From an uncultured Bacilli bacterium (GTDB lineage: Bacteria; Bacillota_I; Bacilli_A; RFN20; CAG-449), in the NCBI GenBank assembly GCA_944332075.1, contig CALVJL010000001.1, positions 138,775 through 202,774 on the forward strand: a stretch of DNA of 64,000 nucleotides. The letters are read 5' to 3'. Below are positions 18,205 to 27,950 of the stretch, piece after piece. Positions within the stretch are counted from its first letter, which is position 1. Each line of letters starts with the position of its first letter. The position numbers were made by a program, and so were the translations under genes. The notes under the pieces are model-generated. The model had not been told where the DNA came from. It searched no databases and saw nothing but the letters and a program-made list of their open reading frames with translations.

Positions 18205-18975
18205 ATGATTTTATTATTAGACCTTGGCAATACCAATCTCTATGTTGGTGTTGACCAAAACGGGACATTAATCAGCGAATACCGCACTGATAGTGATCTC
18301 ACGAGATCCTCTGATATGTATCGGAGTCTCTTAAAAGAATTCTTGAACCAAAACAATTTGAAAGCCGATGACTTTGAAGGTGCTATCCTTTCAAGCGTTA
18401 TCCCTTCCTTATCGCGTTCAATAGTCCATGCGGTTGAAACATTAATCGGAAAAAAGTGCTTATTAGTATCAAATAAGCTGAAATCCGGCCTATCAATTCA
18501 TATTGATAACCCAAGCGAACTCGGAGCAGATTTAGTCTGTGACTGCGTTGGAGCGATTGGTAATTATCCTCTTCCTTGTTTTATCACCGATTTAGGAACA
18601 GCAAACAAGTTCTTAATTGTCGATAACAAGAAAAACTTTATTGGAGGGATTATTACTCCAGGCATTAAATTATCGATGCAGTCATTAATTCGAAATGCTG
18701 CTCAATTAAGTGATTTATCTTATCAAAAACCAGAAAAAATCGTTGGCAAAAATACTTTAGATTGCCTCAATTCCGGAGCGATATACGGCACAAGTGCAAT
18801 GATAAAAGAATTACTTAGAGAAACTGAAAAAGAATTAAACTGTCAGTTATATCCGATTCTGACAGGTGGAAATAGTTATCTTGTTAAAGATGAACTATCA
18901 TCATTTAAATATGATCCGCATCTAATTTTTAAAGGATTAAAAGCTATCTATGAAAAGAATCGGGGGTTATTATAA
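18205..18975 (+). CDS. coaX: Type III pantothenate kinase
   Basis: N-terminus MILLLDLGNTNLYVGV matches the CoaX/Bvg accessory-factor fold signature. The start is trimmed from the six-frame ORF at 18130 to the conserved ATG at 18205. Confidence 0.85.
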   Translation: MILLLDLGNTNLYVGVDQNGTLISEYRTDSDLTRSSDMYRSLLKEFLNQNNLKADDFEGAILSSVIPSLSRSIVHAVETLIGKKCLLVSNKLKSGLSIHIDNPSELGADLVCDCVGAIGNYPLPCFITDLGTANKFLIVDNKKNFIGGIITPGIKLSMQSLIRNAAQLSDLSYQKPEKIVGKNTLDCLNSGAIYGTSAMIKELLRETEKELNCQLYPILTGGNSYLVKDELSSFKYDPHLIFKGLKAIYEKNRGLL

Positions 18976-18976
18976 T

Positions 18977-19642
18977 ATGAAAAACAGAAATCTTTTAATT
19001 TATAAAATGGCATTTACTGCCTTCTTTATCGCCTTAATTATCGTTATGGCTTTCACGCCTATTGGATACATTAAATTACCGTTTATGTCGGTTACTTTAT
19101 TAGTTTTACCGGTTGCTGTCGGAGCTATATTGCTCGGACCTGTCTGCGGAATGGTTCTCGGCTTAACCTTTGGTTTAACTTCTTTCGCCCAATGTTTCAT
19201 GGGTGATTATGTCGGAGGATTAATCGTTAGCCAAAATGTCTTTTTAGCCGCAGTTGTCTGTATTGTAACAAGAACTTTAATGGGCTTATTAACTGGCTTA
19301 ATTTTTAAAGGATTAAAGAAAGCTTTCCATAAAACTTTAACTAATCCAGAAGTCTCAAACGGAAAGAAGAAAAGCATAAATATCTTTATTCATGCCGTTA
19401 GCTGTTTCTCAGCCGCCTTCCTTAATACATTACTCTTTATGTCAACGCTAGTATTATTCTTCTATAATATTGTTGAACAATTAGCATCCACAAATGGTTC
19501 AAGCGTAATCATGTACGTCTTAGTTACCTGCATAGGTATTAACTGGGTTATTGAAACTTTAATTAATCTTTTCGCCGGAACAGTAATTACTTCTTCATTA
19601 GAAAATCTAGTTAACCGTAAATTCAATTTATTAAAACAATAA
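18977..19642 (+). CDS. Putative ECF-transporter S component (PanT-like, pantothenate) membrane protein
   Basis: About 220 aa with six TM helices, small and Gly-rich. It lies immediately downstream of coaX, an arrangement common for PanT. The assignment rests on context and topology. Confidence 0.45.
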   Translation: MKNRNLLIYKMAFTAFFIALIIVMAFTPIGYIKLPFMSVTLLVLPVAVGAILLGPVCGMVLGLTFGLTSFAQCFMGDYVGGLIVSQNVFLAAVVCIVTRTLMGLLTGLIFKGLKKAFHKTLTNPEVSNGKKKSINIFIHAVSCFSAAFLNTLLFMSTLVLFFYNIVEQLASTNGSSVIMYVLVTCIGINWVIETLINLFAGTVITSSLENLVNRKFNLLKQ

Positions 19643-19659
19643 AAAATATTTAAGCAAAT

Positions 19660-19692
19660 AAAAAGGTTGCAGCTGCAACCTTTATTTTTTTA
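19660..19692. terminator. Bidirectional terminator between the PanT-like gene and tkt
   Basis: AGGTTGCAGCTGCAACCT perfect palindrome flanked by A and T runs. Confidence 0.65.
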
Positions 19693-21657
19693 TTAGATAA
19701 TTTCCTTAATTCTTCTAACTAATTCATCGCTGGTAAAATTAAATTTCTTAATTACATCACCGGCCGGTGCTGAAGCTCCAAAAGTGTCAATGCTCATAAC
19801 ATGTGGAGCAAAGCGGTGCCATCCAAAGGATGAAAGCATTTCAACTGCGATGCGTTTACCATATTCATTGCCTAATGTTTCTTTAATGTAAGTTGGATCT
19901 TGCTTTAAGAATCTTTCTTGGCTCATCATTGAAACAACGCGGGAATCAATGCCTTCTTTAAGAAGTTTTTCTTGAGCTTCAACTGCTAAGGAAACTTCTG
20001 AACCAGAGGCGATAATGGTAATTTGTGCTTCTTTAACTTCACAAGATACAACATAGCCGCCTTTTTCACAATCTTTTGAAGAAGTACCTGGCAATACTGG
20101 AAGAGCTTGTCTAGTTAAAATAATGCAGCATGGATGAGTTGTTTGTTCAAACATCAAGCGATAAGCCGTTGCAACTTCATTAGCATCGCATGGGCGGAAA
20201 ACTTCAACATTTGGAATTGATCTAAGCATTGCTAATTGTTCGATAGGTTGATGCGTTGGTCCATCTTCACCGACAGCGATTGAATCGTGTGAGAAGAGAT
20301 AGACAGCTGGTAAATGGGAAAGAGCAGCCATTCTAATAGCCGGTTTAAGGTAATCAGCGAAAACCAAGAAGCAGCCGACATAAGTTCTTAATCCACCGTG
20401 GAGCAACATACCGTTTTGAATCGCTGCCATAGCAAATTCACGAATACCGAAGTTAATTGATCTGCCTTCGCGGTGTTCTGGAGTGAAATATGTTCCTCCG
20501 TTAATCTTAGTATAAACTGAACCAGCGACATCAGCAGAACCACCAATTAAATTGTGAATATTAGCGTGTAATAAATTAATAATAGTTTTTGAAGTATTTC
20601 TTGAAGCTTCCTTCATTCCTACTTCAAATTTTGGATTTTCTTGATAAAGTTCAGTAGTAACTGAATTATTTAAAGAAGAAGCGATTTTCTTTGCTTCAAT
20701 AGGATGAGCAATAGCGTATTCGTCATAGAGTTTGTTCCATTCTTGATATGCTTTTTCTCCTCTTGCAGCAAAGCTATTTTTGAAATCTTCATAAACTTCT
20801 GGTAAAACAGTGAAGTCAGGATAATCAAAGCCATATTTTAACTTTGCGTTATGTCCATCTTCTTCACCTAATGGAGAACCGTGGACTTTACTTGTACCTT
20901 GGTTAACAGAACCAAAGCCGATAACTGTATGGACCATGATTAATGTCGGTTTATCAGAAACTTTAGCTTTTGTTATCGCTCTATCGATATCATCAACATC
21001 ATTGCCGTCTTTAACTTCGATAACATTCCATTCACTTGCTTCAAAGCGTTTTTTAACGTCTTCAGAGAAAGATAAATCTAATCCGCCATCAAGGGTGACA
21101 TTATTAGCGTCATAGAAGAGAATAAGTTTATTTAACTTTTGATGTCCAGCAAACGAGATAGCTTCTTGGGAAATACCTTCTTGGAGGCAGCCATCACCGC
21201 ATAAAGCATAAGTATAGTGATCAAAAATATTTTTTGCTCCATCATACATAGCTTTTAATGATTGTTCAGCTAAAGCCAAACCAACAGCTTGAGCAATACC
21301 TTGACCTAATGGTCCTGCTGAAGCATCAACTCCCGGTGTAACACCGAATTCTGGGTGTCCAGGGGTTCTTGAATCTAATTGACGGAAATGTTTTAAATCA
21401 TCCATATTCAAATCATAGCCAGCCACATGCAATATTGCATAGAGAAGAGCTGAAGCATGACCGGCAGAAAGAACAAATCTATCGCGGTTAATCCATTCAG
21501 GATGATGTGGATCAGCTTTTAAATGGCGAGTAAAAAGAGTATAGAGAATTGGTGCAGAACCAAGTGCCATACCTGGGTGACCTGACTTTGCCTTATTTAT
21601 TTCATCAATACATAAGGCGCGAATGCAAGCAATCGATAATTTTGATGATGTCTTCAT
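19693..21657 (-). CDS. tkt: Transketolase
   Basis: 654 aa. The TPP-binding N-terminus (GHPGMALGSAPILYTLF) and the motif GEDGPTHQPIEQLA are present. Confidence 0.95.
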   Translation of the reverse strand: MKTSSKLSIACIRALCIDEINKAKSGHPGMALGSAPILYTLFTRHLKADPHHPEWINRDRFVLSAGHASALLYAILHVAGYDLNMDDLKHFRQLDSRTPGHPEFGVTPGVDASAGPLGQGIAQAVGLALAEQSLKAMYDGAKNIFDHYTYALCGDGCLQEGISQEAISFAGHQKLNKLILFYDANNVTLDGGLDLSFSEDVKKRFEASEWNVIEVKDGNDVDDIDRAITKAKVSDKPTLIMVHTVIGFGSVNQGTSKVHGSPLGEEDGHNAKLKYGFDYPDFTVLPEVYEDFKNSFAARGEKAYQEWNKLYDEYAIAHPIEAKKIASSLNNSVTTELYQENPKFEVGMKEASRNTSKTIINLLHANIHNLIGGSADVAGSVYTKINGGTYFTPEHREGRSINFGIREFAMAAIQNGMLLHGGLRTYVGCFLVFADYLKPAIRMAALSHLPAVYLFSHDSIAVGEDGPTHQPIEQLAMLRSIPNVEVFRPCDANEVATAYRLMFEQTTHPCCIILTRQALPVLPGTSSKDCEKGGYVVSCEVKEAQITIIASGSEVSLAVEAQEKLLKEGIDSRVVSMMSQERFLKQDPTYIKETLGNEYGKRIAVEMLSSFGWHRFAPHVMSIDTFGASAPAGDVIKKFNFTSDELVRRIKEII

Positions 21658-22172
21658 AATTCTTCCTTTTCAACAAAATAAAAGCCTAATAGACTTGGCT
21701 GAATCCCGAAGGACCAGAGTGGAAAGCTTTTCTCTACTTTAGGATTCCGAACTTAGATATCTTAATTAAGATGAACGGCCTTCAACACCATAGAGATGAA
21801 AAAACTCTCCTAAAATTTAATGTGGAATCGCATACGTCTATTAGACATTTACATTCTAACATGAAAATAAAAACATGGCAATTTTGTATATATTTTCTTA
21901 ATGTGCTTTTGTTGCACAGCAAGAAATTATCAAGCATATAAAGAAAAGATTGTCAAATATTAATTAAAATATCTTAAATAATCATTTATTTCATTATATA
22001 AATTCTTATAAAAAATTTTTTTAATCAAAAATGCATTTTCTACTTGATAAAAAGAAGCTGAATACTTAGAATAATAAAGGTAAATAAATCGTGGAAAGAA
22101 GGAGCGCCCGCTTCTCACCAGATCTAGAATATAGATTGGTAAAGAGCTACCAAAGATAACTTTGAAGTTTTG

Positions 22173-22205
22173 ATGGGCGCAGGATTCTGTGCCCATTTTA
22201 TTTTA
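22173..22205 (+). promoter_or_regulatory. infC leader attenuator hairpin (putative L20-responsive)
   Basis: ATGGGCGCAG-GATT-CTGTGCCCAT followed by TTTATTTT, about 20 nt upstream of the infC RBS. It lies within a ~560-nt untranslated leader. Confidence 0.4.
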
Positions 22206-22219
22206 CTAGGAGGATCTCA

Positions 22220-22777
22220 ATTATAGAAACGAATAATAAACAATTACCGCCAAAGAAGAACAAGTTTGGTAACGATTTAGTTGATAACTTAATCCGTTTC
22301 CCAAGAGTCTTAGTCGTTGATCAAGACGGTAATCAACTCGGTGAAATGTCATCGCGTGATGCCCAGATGGAGGCACGTTCACGGAATCTCAACTTACTAT
22401 GTGTAGCTCCGAACGCTAAAGTTCCGGTCTGCAAAATTCTCGATTATGGGAAATATCGCTATCAGCAGCAAAAGAAAGCTAAAGAAGCGAAAAAGAATCA
22501 AACCATTATCGAAGTAAAAGAAATTCAATTATCGCCAGTCATCGGTGAACACGATCTTCAGACTAAGTTAAAACATGCTGTGCGCTTCCTTGAGGATGGA
22601 AACAAAATCAAGATTACAATGCGTTTCAAAGGCAGACAGATTTCTCATATGGATGTCGGTAATCAAGTTATTGAGCGTTTTATTTCATTACTAAGCGATA
22701 AGGCTGTAGTGGAAAAAGCACCGATTCTAGACAAGAGAACCTTAATCGTCATTTTAGCGTCGAAAGTAAAAAAATAG
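22220..22777 (+). CDS. infC: Translation initiation factor IF-3 (AUU start codon)
   Basis: Conserved IF3 sequence (…VLVVDQDGNQLGEMSSRDAQ…PVCKILDYGKYRY…) continues in frame upstream of the first ATG (22346) back to ATT at 22220. That ATT sits 5-11 nt downstream of the RBS AGGAGGA. AUU initiation is the classical IF3 autoregulatory feature. Confidence 0.8.
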   Translation: MIETNNKQLPPKKNKFGNDLVDNLIRFPRVLVVDQDGNQLGEMSSRDAQMEARSRNLNLLCVAPNAKVPVCKILDYGKYRYQQQKKAKEAKKNQTIIEVKEIQLSPVIGEHDLQTKLKHAVRFLEDGNKIKITMRFKGRQISHMDVGNQVIERFISLLSDKAVVEKAPILDKRTLIVILASKVKK

Positions 22778-22789
22778 GAGGACAAAATC

Positions 22790-22984
22790 ATGCCAAAAAT
22801 GAAATCCAAAAAAGCTTTGACCAAAAGAGTTAAAGTCACAGGCAGTGGAAAATTAAAGAGACATTCCGCTTATATTTCCCACTTATCACACAACAAGTCA
22901 CACAAACAGATTCGCCAATTAAGAAAGGCAAGTCTTGTCAGCAAATCTGACTACAAGAGAATCAAGGATTTGATTCAACAATAA
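22790..22984 (+). CDS. rpmI: 50S ribosomal protein L35
   Basis: 64 aa basic protein ([13 protein letters not shown]...) following infC. Confidence 0.9.
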   Translation: MPKMKSKKALTKRVKVTGSGKLKRHSAYISHLSHNKSHKQIRQLRKASLVSKSDYKRIKDLIQQ

Positions 22985-22998
22985 GGAGGTAATAGAAC

Positions 22999-23355
22999 AT
23001 GAGAGTTAAAGGCGGAACTACAACACACGCAAGAAGAAAAAAAGTCTTAAAGAGAGCTAAAGGTTACTTCGGTTCTAAACATCTTCTCTATAAGACCGCT
23101 CATGAGCAAGTAATGCATTCTCTCCACTATGCTTATGTTTCAAGAAGAACAATTAAGAGAGATTACCGCAAGTTATGGATTGTCAGAATCAATGCTGCCT
23201 GCCATCACTATGATATCAGCTATTCAACATTAATTCATGGATTAAAACTTGCTAACATCAACGTTAACAGAAAAATGCTTTCCGAAATCGCTATCGCTGA
23301 TGATAAGGCATTTGCTGAATTAGTCGCTACTGCTAAAAAAGCTTTAGCTAAGTAA
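22999..23355 (+). CDS. rplT: 50S ribosomal protein L20
   Basis: 118 aa ([28 protein letters not shown]...). It is followed by a hairpin CAAGGCTTCGGCCTTG and T-run terminator at about 23378-23402. Confidence 0.95.
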   Translation: MRVKGGTTTHARRKKVLKRAKGYFGSKHLLYKTAHEQVMHSLHYAYVSRRTIKRDYRKLWIVRINAACHHYDISYSTLIHGLKLANINVNRKMLSEIAIADDKAFAELVATAKKALAK

Positions 23356-23503
23356 TTAGTAATTAAGCTCAGAAAAATTCAAGGCTTCGGCCTTGTTTTT
23401 TTCACCAAAAATATCTAATTTATCACCATCTGTAGCTTAATTATTCTTAATTTTTTTAAATGAAGATATTACAATAAAAACATAAACTGAATGAGGTGAT
23501 AAT

Positions 23504-24205
23504 ATGTCTTTTATTGAAATAGAAAACGTATCAAAAATATATGGTGAAGGAGCAACTGAAGTAAAAGCTCTTGATAATGTTTCTTTTAAAATAGAAAAAG
23601 GGGAAATCGTTGTCATTCTCGGAGCTTCTGGTGCCGGAAAATCAACTCTCTTAAACATTCTTGGAGGAATGGATAATTTAACATCTGGATCCTATAAAAT
23701 GGACGGAGAAGAAGTCGGTAATTATAATAGCAAGGAACTAGAAAACTTTCGAAGAAACAATATTGGTTTCGTCTTTCAATTTTATAATTTAATGAATAAT
23801 TTAACGGCTTTAGAAAACGTTGAAATCGCGGCCTCGCTTGTCAAAAATCCTCTTTCTAGCATTGATATGTTAGAAAAAGTTGATTTGGCAAAAAGAAAAA
23901 ATAATTATCCAGGTGAATTATCAGGAGGCGAACAACAAAGAGTCAGTATCGCTAGAGCACTTGTTAAAAATCCAAAACTACTTCTCTGCGATGAACCAAC
24001 AGGTGCATTAGACAGCAAAACTGGTATCTCTATTATCAAGCTTCTTTATGAAATTTCTAGAGAAGAAAATACCACTGTCATAATAGTAACCCATAACTCA
24101 TCTTTAAAAGATATTGCAACTCATTTAATTAGAATTGCTGATGGAAAAATCATCGAAAATACCTATCAGGAAAAGAAGGAGAACGTCGATGAAATCAAAT
24201 GGTAA
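23504..24205 (+). CDS. ABC transporter ATP-binding protein (MacB/LolD/FtsE-type)
   Basis: Walker A GASGAGKST, signature LSGGEQQRVSIARA and Walker B LLLCDEPTGALD. 233 aa. Confidence 0.9.
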   Translation: MSFIEIENVSKIYGEGATEVKALDNVSFKIEKGEIVVILGASGAGKSTLLNILGGMDNLTSGSYKMDGEEVGNYNSKELENFRRNNIGFVFQFYNLMNNLTALENVEIAASLVKNPLSSIDMLEKVDLAKRKNNYPGELSGGEQQRVSIARALVKNPKLLLCDEPTGALDSKTGISIIKLLYEISREENTTVIIVTHNSSLKDIATHLIRIADGKIIENTYQEKKENVDEIKW

Positions 24206-26615
24206 GAGCAAATCGACTTTTCGTTTGTTAAATAGAAAAGTTCTCCGCTCACTTAAAGATAATTATAAGCAATACTTAGCAATTTTAATGATTTCTTTTT
24301 TGGCTGTCTGTCTTTTTAATGGTCTCACTTCTAATGCTGATTTATTAAATAGACGCGTAGAAAATCTTTATGAAAAAGGCAATATCGCAGATTTGTTTTT
24401 AACAATATCTCCGTATTCTTATCAAGATGATATCATTGAAATTAAGGATCTTGATAGCAACATTAGCGAAATCAATACGCGCGGCAATATTCAGGCAAAC
24501 TATCAGCAAAGCAGTTTAAATTTATTAGTTAATAGCGATGATAATACCGTTTCTGTCCCTATTGTAATCGACGGGGATGAAAACTTTATGATTACTGATT
24601 CTTTTGCCGAAGCTAATAACTTAAAAATCGGGGATGAAATGTTACTTGAAATAACCAATCCGCTTTTACAATCAGAAGAATTTGAAAAATATATTAATTT
24701 ATTACCGCTTGTTTTGAAACCAAATCAAGAAAACGTTCTAGCTGAACCATTAATTCAAATATCCTTTACCATTTCAGGAATTATGTATTTTCCTGAAGCT
24801 GTCGCATCAAGTCAATTTTCAGATACCTATATCTATAGTCAGTTTTCTTATGTGTATGATATTTTAAAAGATTTTATACTTTCGCATTACAATTTAGAAT
24901 CCTATCTAAATAATGTCACTTCTCAGCAAATCTATAATCTTTTAGTAAATCAAATTTTAATTAAAACCTCTGATATTGAAAGAAGTAAAGATATTATTAA
25001 TGAATATTACGCTTCTAAAGAAACAAACAATCTTCTCTTGCTAATTGATTTAGAGAATTTGCCAAGTAACTCGCAGGTAATGCAAGATGTTAATCAATCA
25101 AAGAAATTAACATACGTTTTTCCTACAATTTTCTTTTTAGTATCGATATTAATCATTTCAACAACTCTTTCTCAGTTAATTCTTAAAGAAAGATTGCAGA
25201 TAGGTGCAATGAAATCATTAGGCATCAAAAAAAGTTTAATATATCTCCATTATATGACATATGGTTTTATCGTTTGTCTGCTTGGAGGTTTAATTGGATT
25301 TATTGTTGGCCCATTAACTTTACCAAAAGTCATGGAGTTAAAATATGCTTTATTATGGGATATGCCTCAGCTTAGCAGCAAGCTATTTTTGCCGTTAAAC
25401 ATTGTTTCAATACTTGTAATCTTAGCAATAGCTCTCTTAATTTCCTTTATCGTAATTAGAAAAAGCGTTTCTGAAAAGCCAGTTGACCTTTTAAAAAACG
25501 TCGCTCCAAAAACGAAAGTAACTCTCTTTAATAATGCTCGACATTTATCTTTAACAACCAAAATGTCATTTAGAAATATTTTGGCTAATAAAGCTAAATC
25601 TTTAATGATTATCTTAGGAACTTTAGGCTGCACAGCCCTTTTAGTATGCGGATTTGGTATTATGGATACCTTAAATTATGGAGTAAATCTTGATATCTAT
25701 GAAAATACCACGATTCCTCTAACAGTAGAAACCTCGGTGTCTTATAACAATATCACATCACAGTTAGAAGAAATTGATGGAGTAAGCGATGTTGAAGGAT
25801 TAATAGTCTATCCAGTTACCTTAACCAATAATGATAAGGCTTCTATGACAACTATTAACCTTCTTAATACAGCAAATTCAAAATACATTCACTTTCCTTA
25901 TAGCGACGGAGTAGCGATTATCTCAACTTTAGCTGATGATTTAAACGTTAAAGTCGGAGACGAAATATCTGTTACCTATAATCAGAAAACTTATACCAGA
26001 AAAATTGGTTGCATCGTTGAATCAAGTATTTTAAACGGAATATATGATATCAGTGAAAATTATGATTCTTTTATCGCACCAAACACCTATTATATGTCTT
26101 ATCAAGAAGATAAACTACCGCAAATTGAAGAAGAGATATCATCAATTAGTGATGTCACAAGCGTCATGACATTGCAAGATTTAAAAGATAAAGCTGACAA
26201 TTTACTTTCATCAATAAAAATGATGACCAATGTCATCAAGATTTTTGCTATAGCCCTAGCGGTTGTCGTAATTTATAATCTTATTTCTTTGAATATTTCT
26301 GAACGAAGCCGAGATATCGCGACAATGAAAGTTATCGGATTCCATTTTACAGAAATTCGCTCAATGCTAATAAAAGAAATTATGATCTTAACCTTTATTG
26401 GAACATTTATTGGTCTCTTTGTCGGCTACCCGTTATGTGTTTTAACTCTCGCCATCAATAAAACTAATCTCATAGCTTTCCTATATCATATAAATTTCAC
26501 AACTTATCTGATTTCGTTAGCTATTTCATTAGTAAGCGCCTTAGTTGTTGAGCTTATTTTAACTATAAGAATCAATAAAATTTCTATGGTTTCATCACTA
26601 AAATCAGTTGAGTAA
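24189..26615 (+). CDS. ABC transporter permease, FtsX/MacB family with large extracytoplasmic domains
   Basis: About 809 aa. Two FtsX-type four-TM bundles are separated by large soluble domains. The start is taken at ATG 24189 (MKSNGKSK...), overlapping the ATPase stop. Confidence 0.75.
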   Translation: MKSNGKSKSTFRLLNRKVLRSLKDNYKQYLAILMISFLAVCLFNGLTSNADLLNRRVENLYEKGNIADLFLTISPYSYQDDIIEIKDLDSNISEINTRGNIQANYQQSSLNLLVNSDDNTVSVPIVIDGDENFMITDSFAEANNLKIGDEMLLEITNPLLQSEEFEKYINLLPLVLKPNQENVLAEPLIQISFTISGIMYFPEAVASSQFSDTYIYSQFSYVYDILKDFILSHYNLESYLNNVTSQQIYNLLVNQILIKTSDIERSKDIINEYYASKETNNLLLLIDLENLPSNSQVMQDVNQSKKLTYVFPTIFFLVSILIISTTLSQLILKERLQIGAMKSLGIKKSLIYLHYMTYGFIVCLLGGLIGFIVGPLTLPKVMELKYALLWDMPQLSSKLFLPLNIVSILVILAIALLISFIVIRKSVSEKPVDLLKNVAPKTKVTLFNNARHLSLTTKMSFRNILANKAKSLMIILGTLGCTALLVCGFGIMDTLNYGVNLDIYENTTIPLTVETSVSYNNITSQLEEIDGVSDVEGLIVYPVTLTNNDKASMTTINLLNTANSKYIHFPYSDGVAIISTLADDLNVKVGDEISVTYNQKTYTRKIGCIVESSILNGIYDISENYDSFIAPNTYYMSYQEDKLPQIEEEISSISDVTSVMTLQDLKDKADNLLSSIKMMTNVIKIFAIALAVVVIYNLISLNISERSRDIATMKVIGFHFTEIRSMLIKEIMILTFIGTFIGLFVGYPLCVLTLAINKTNLIAFLYHINFTTYLISLAISLVSALVVELILTIRINKISMVSSLKSVE

Positions 26616-27884
26616 TTAAATATTTTTCAGACAATTTCCAAATTCAGTTAAATATTGTTTATCAAAATGATATACTCCATCTTCTTCAACTAGAAGTTTA
26701 GAAGACAATAAAGCTGTTTTTAGTTTATCAATATACGAAATTAATGATTCTAATTTTAAAATATTTGGGCGAATTTTTGTTCCGCGATAATAAATAAATT
26801 TTTCGTATTCCTCTTTAACGCGCAGATAGAGTTTAAATTCAATATCCGATTCTTCATCCGTGCTTTCTAATCTTTTCATCATCTCAAAATGGCGAATCTT
26901 TTTATTATCGATATCGAGAATCTTTTCGCTAGTATTAAATACTTTCAAAAATGTTTTTTCGGTTTGATAGTCGCTAAGGATATTGCTCAAATATTCTTTA
27001 AGCAATTTTTCACTACTATCATTAATTTTCAAATTATTTAAAAATTTGTCATATGCTTTAATAAACTCTTCATCATTGATAAGTTCATCTGGCAAAGAAA
27101 AAAGTGTCTTGATTTTTGCTAGGGAATGATCAAGCACGAATTTGTCTTTAATTCTCGCTTTTTCAATATTATCGCGTAACTGCCTAGAAAGATTTCTTAA
27201 AACATTATCAATTTTATCAAAATAAATGCCTTCACTTTCTTTATATTTTTCGATTAATGATATCCCTTCGCTTTTTAAATAAGTTGAAGGATAACGGCTT
27301 AACGATGAATGCTTTTCAACTAGGGTTTCTAATGTTATATCATCTTGATGCACTTCATAATTTTTAAATGAATTTAAATATTTACGCGAATTATCTAAAT
27401 ATTTTTCAATACTAATTTTATCTTTTTGTCTAAGCCGTTTTTCTAATTCATTAGTAAGTTGAAATCTAAGCAGATTAAGATCTTTAATATTTTTTACTAA
27501 ATCAGGATTTTTCTTCATCATCACCGAGACTAAAGAAGCCGATACCTCTTCAATTGTCTGATTATTATTTAATCCGGGATTATCTAAAAATTCGCATTCT
27601 AAATTCGGTTCAGTATCACTGCTTAAAGTGACAACATTATAATGTTTTTTTAAAAAATGATAATCATCATTAGTATTTTTCAAATAAATATAATAATTGT
27701 TTTTTGTGAAGGAATTAAAAACAATCCGCAAATTTTTTTCCTCATAGCATGAGAAAAAATGCCGATGACCATAATATGTTATCGTGCCATCTAATGCTGG
27801 ACGGGAATAATAATATGTAACTTTGTACCGTCTAACGATTTTAAAAAGCATTTTTGATGTTCTAAATCCGTAGCAAAGTGTCAT
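26616..27884 (-). CDS. Hypothetical protein (422 aa)
   Basis: No recognisable motif. It is downstream of thiI on the same strand, and the start codon is uncertain (alternative at 27851). Confidence 0.45.
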   Translation of the reverse strand: MTLCYGFRTSKMLFKIVRRYKVTYYYSRPALDGTITYYGHRHFFSCYEEKNLRIVFNSFTKNNYYIYLKNTNDDYHFLKKHYNVVTLSSDTEPNLECEFLDNPGLNNNQTIEEVSASLVSVMMKKNPDLVKNIKDLNLLRFQLTNELEKRLRQKDKISIEKYLDNSRKYLNSFKNYEVHQDDITLETLVEKHSSLSRYPSTYLKSEGISLIEKYKESEGIYFDKIDNVLRNLSRQLRDNIEKARIKDKFVLDHSLAKIKTLFSLPDELINDEEFIKAYDKFLNNLKINDSSEKLLKEYLSNILSDYQTEKTFLKVFNTSEKILDIDNKKIRHFEMMKRLESTDEESDIEFKLYLRVKEEYEKFIYYRGTKIRPNILKLESLISYIDKLKTALLSSKLLVEEDGVYHFDKQYLTEFGNCLKNI

Positions 27885-27950
27885 ACTGACATTTTAGCAT
27901 TAAAAAAAAGAAAGTAAAATATTTACTATTTACTTTCTTCGGTATAACTC

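Noticed and set aside
21960-22196. 78-aa minus-strand ORF upstream of infC
   Set aside because: It lies in the infC leader and overlaps the attenuator hairpin. It has no RBS and low-complexity composition. The region is better explained as the regulatory leader.
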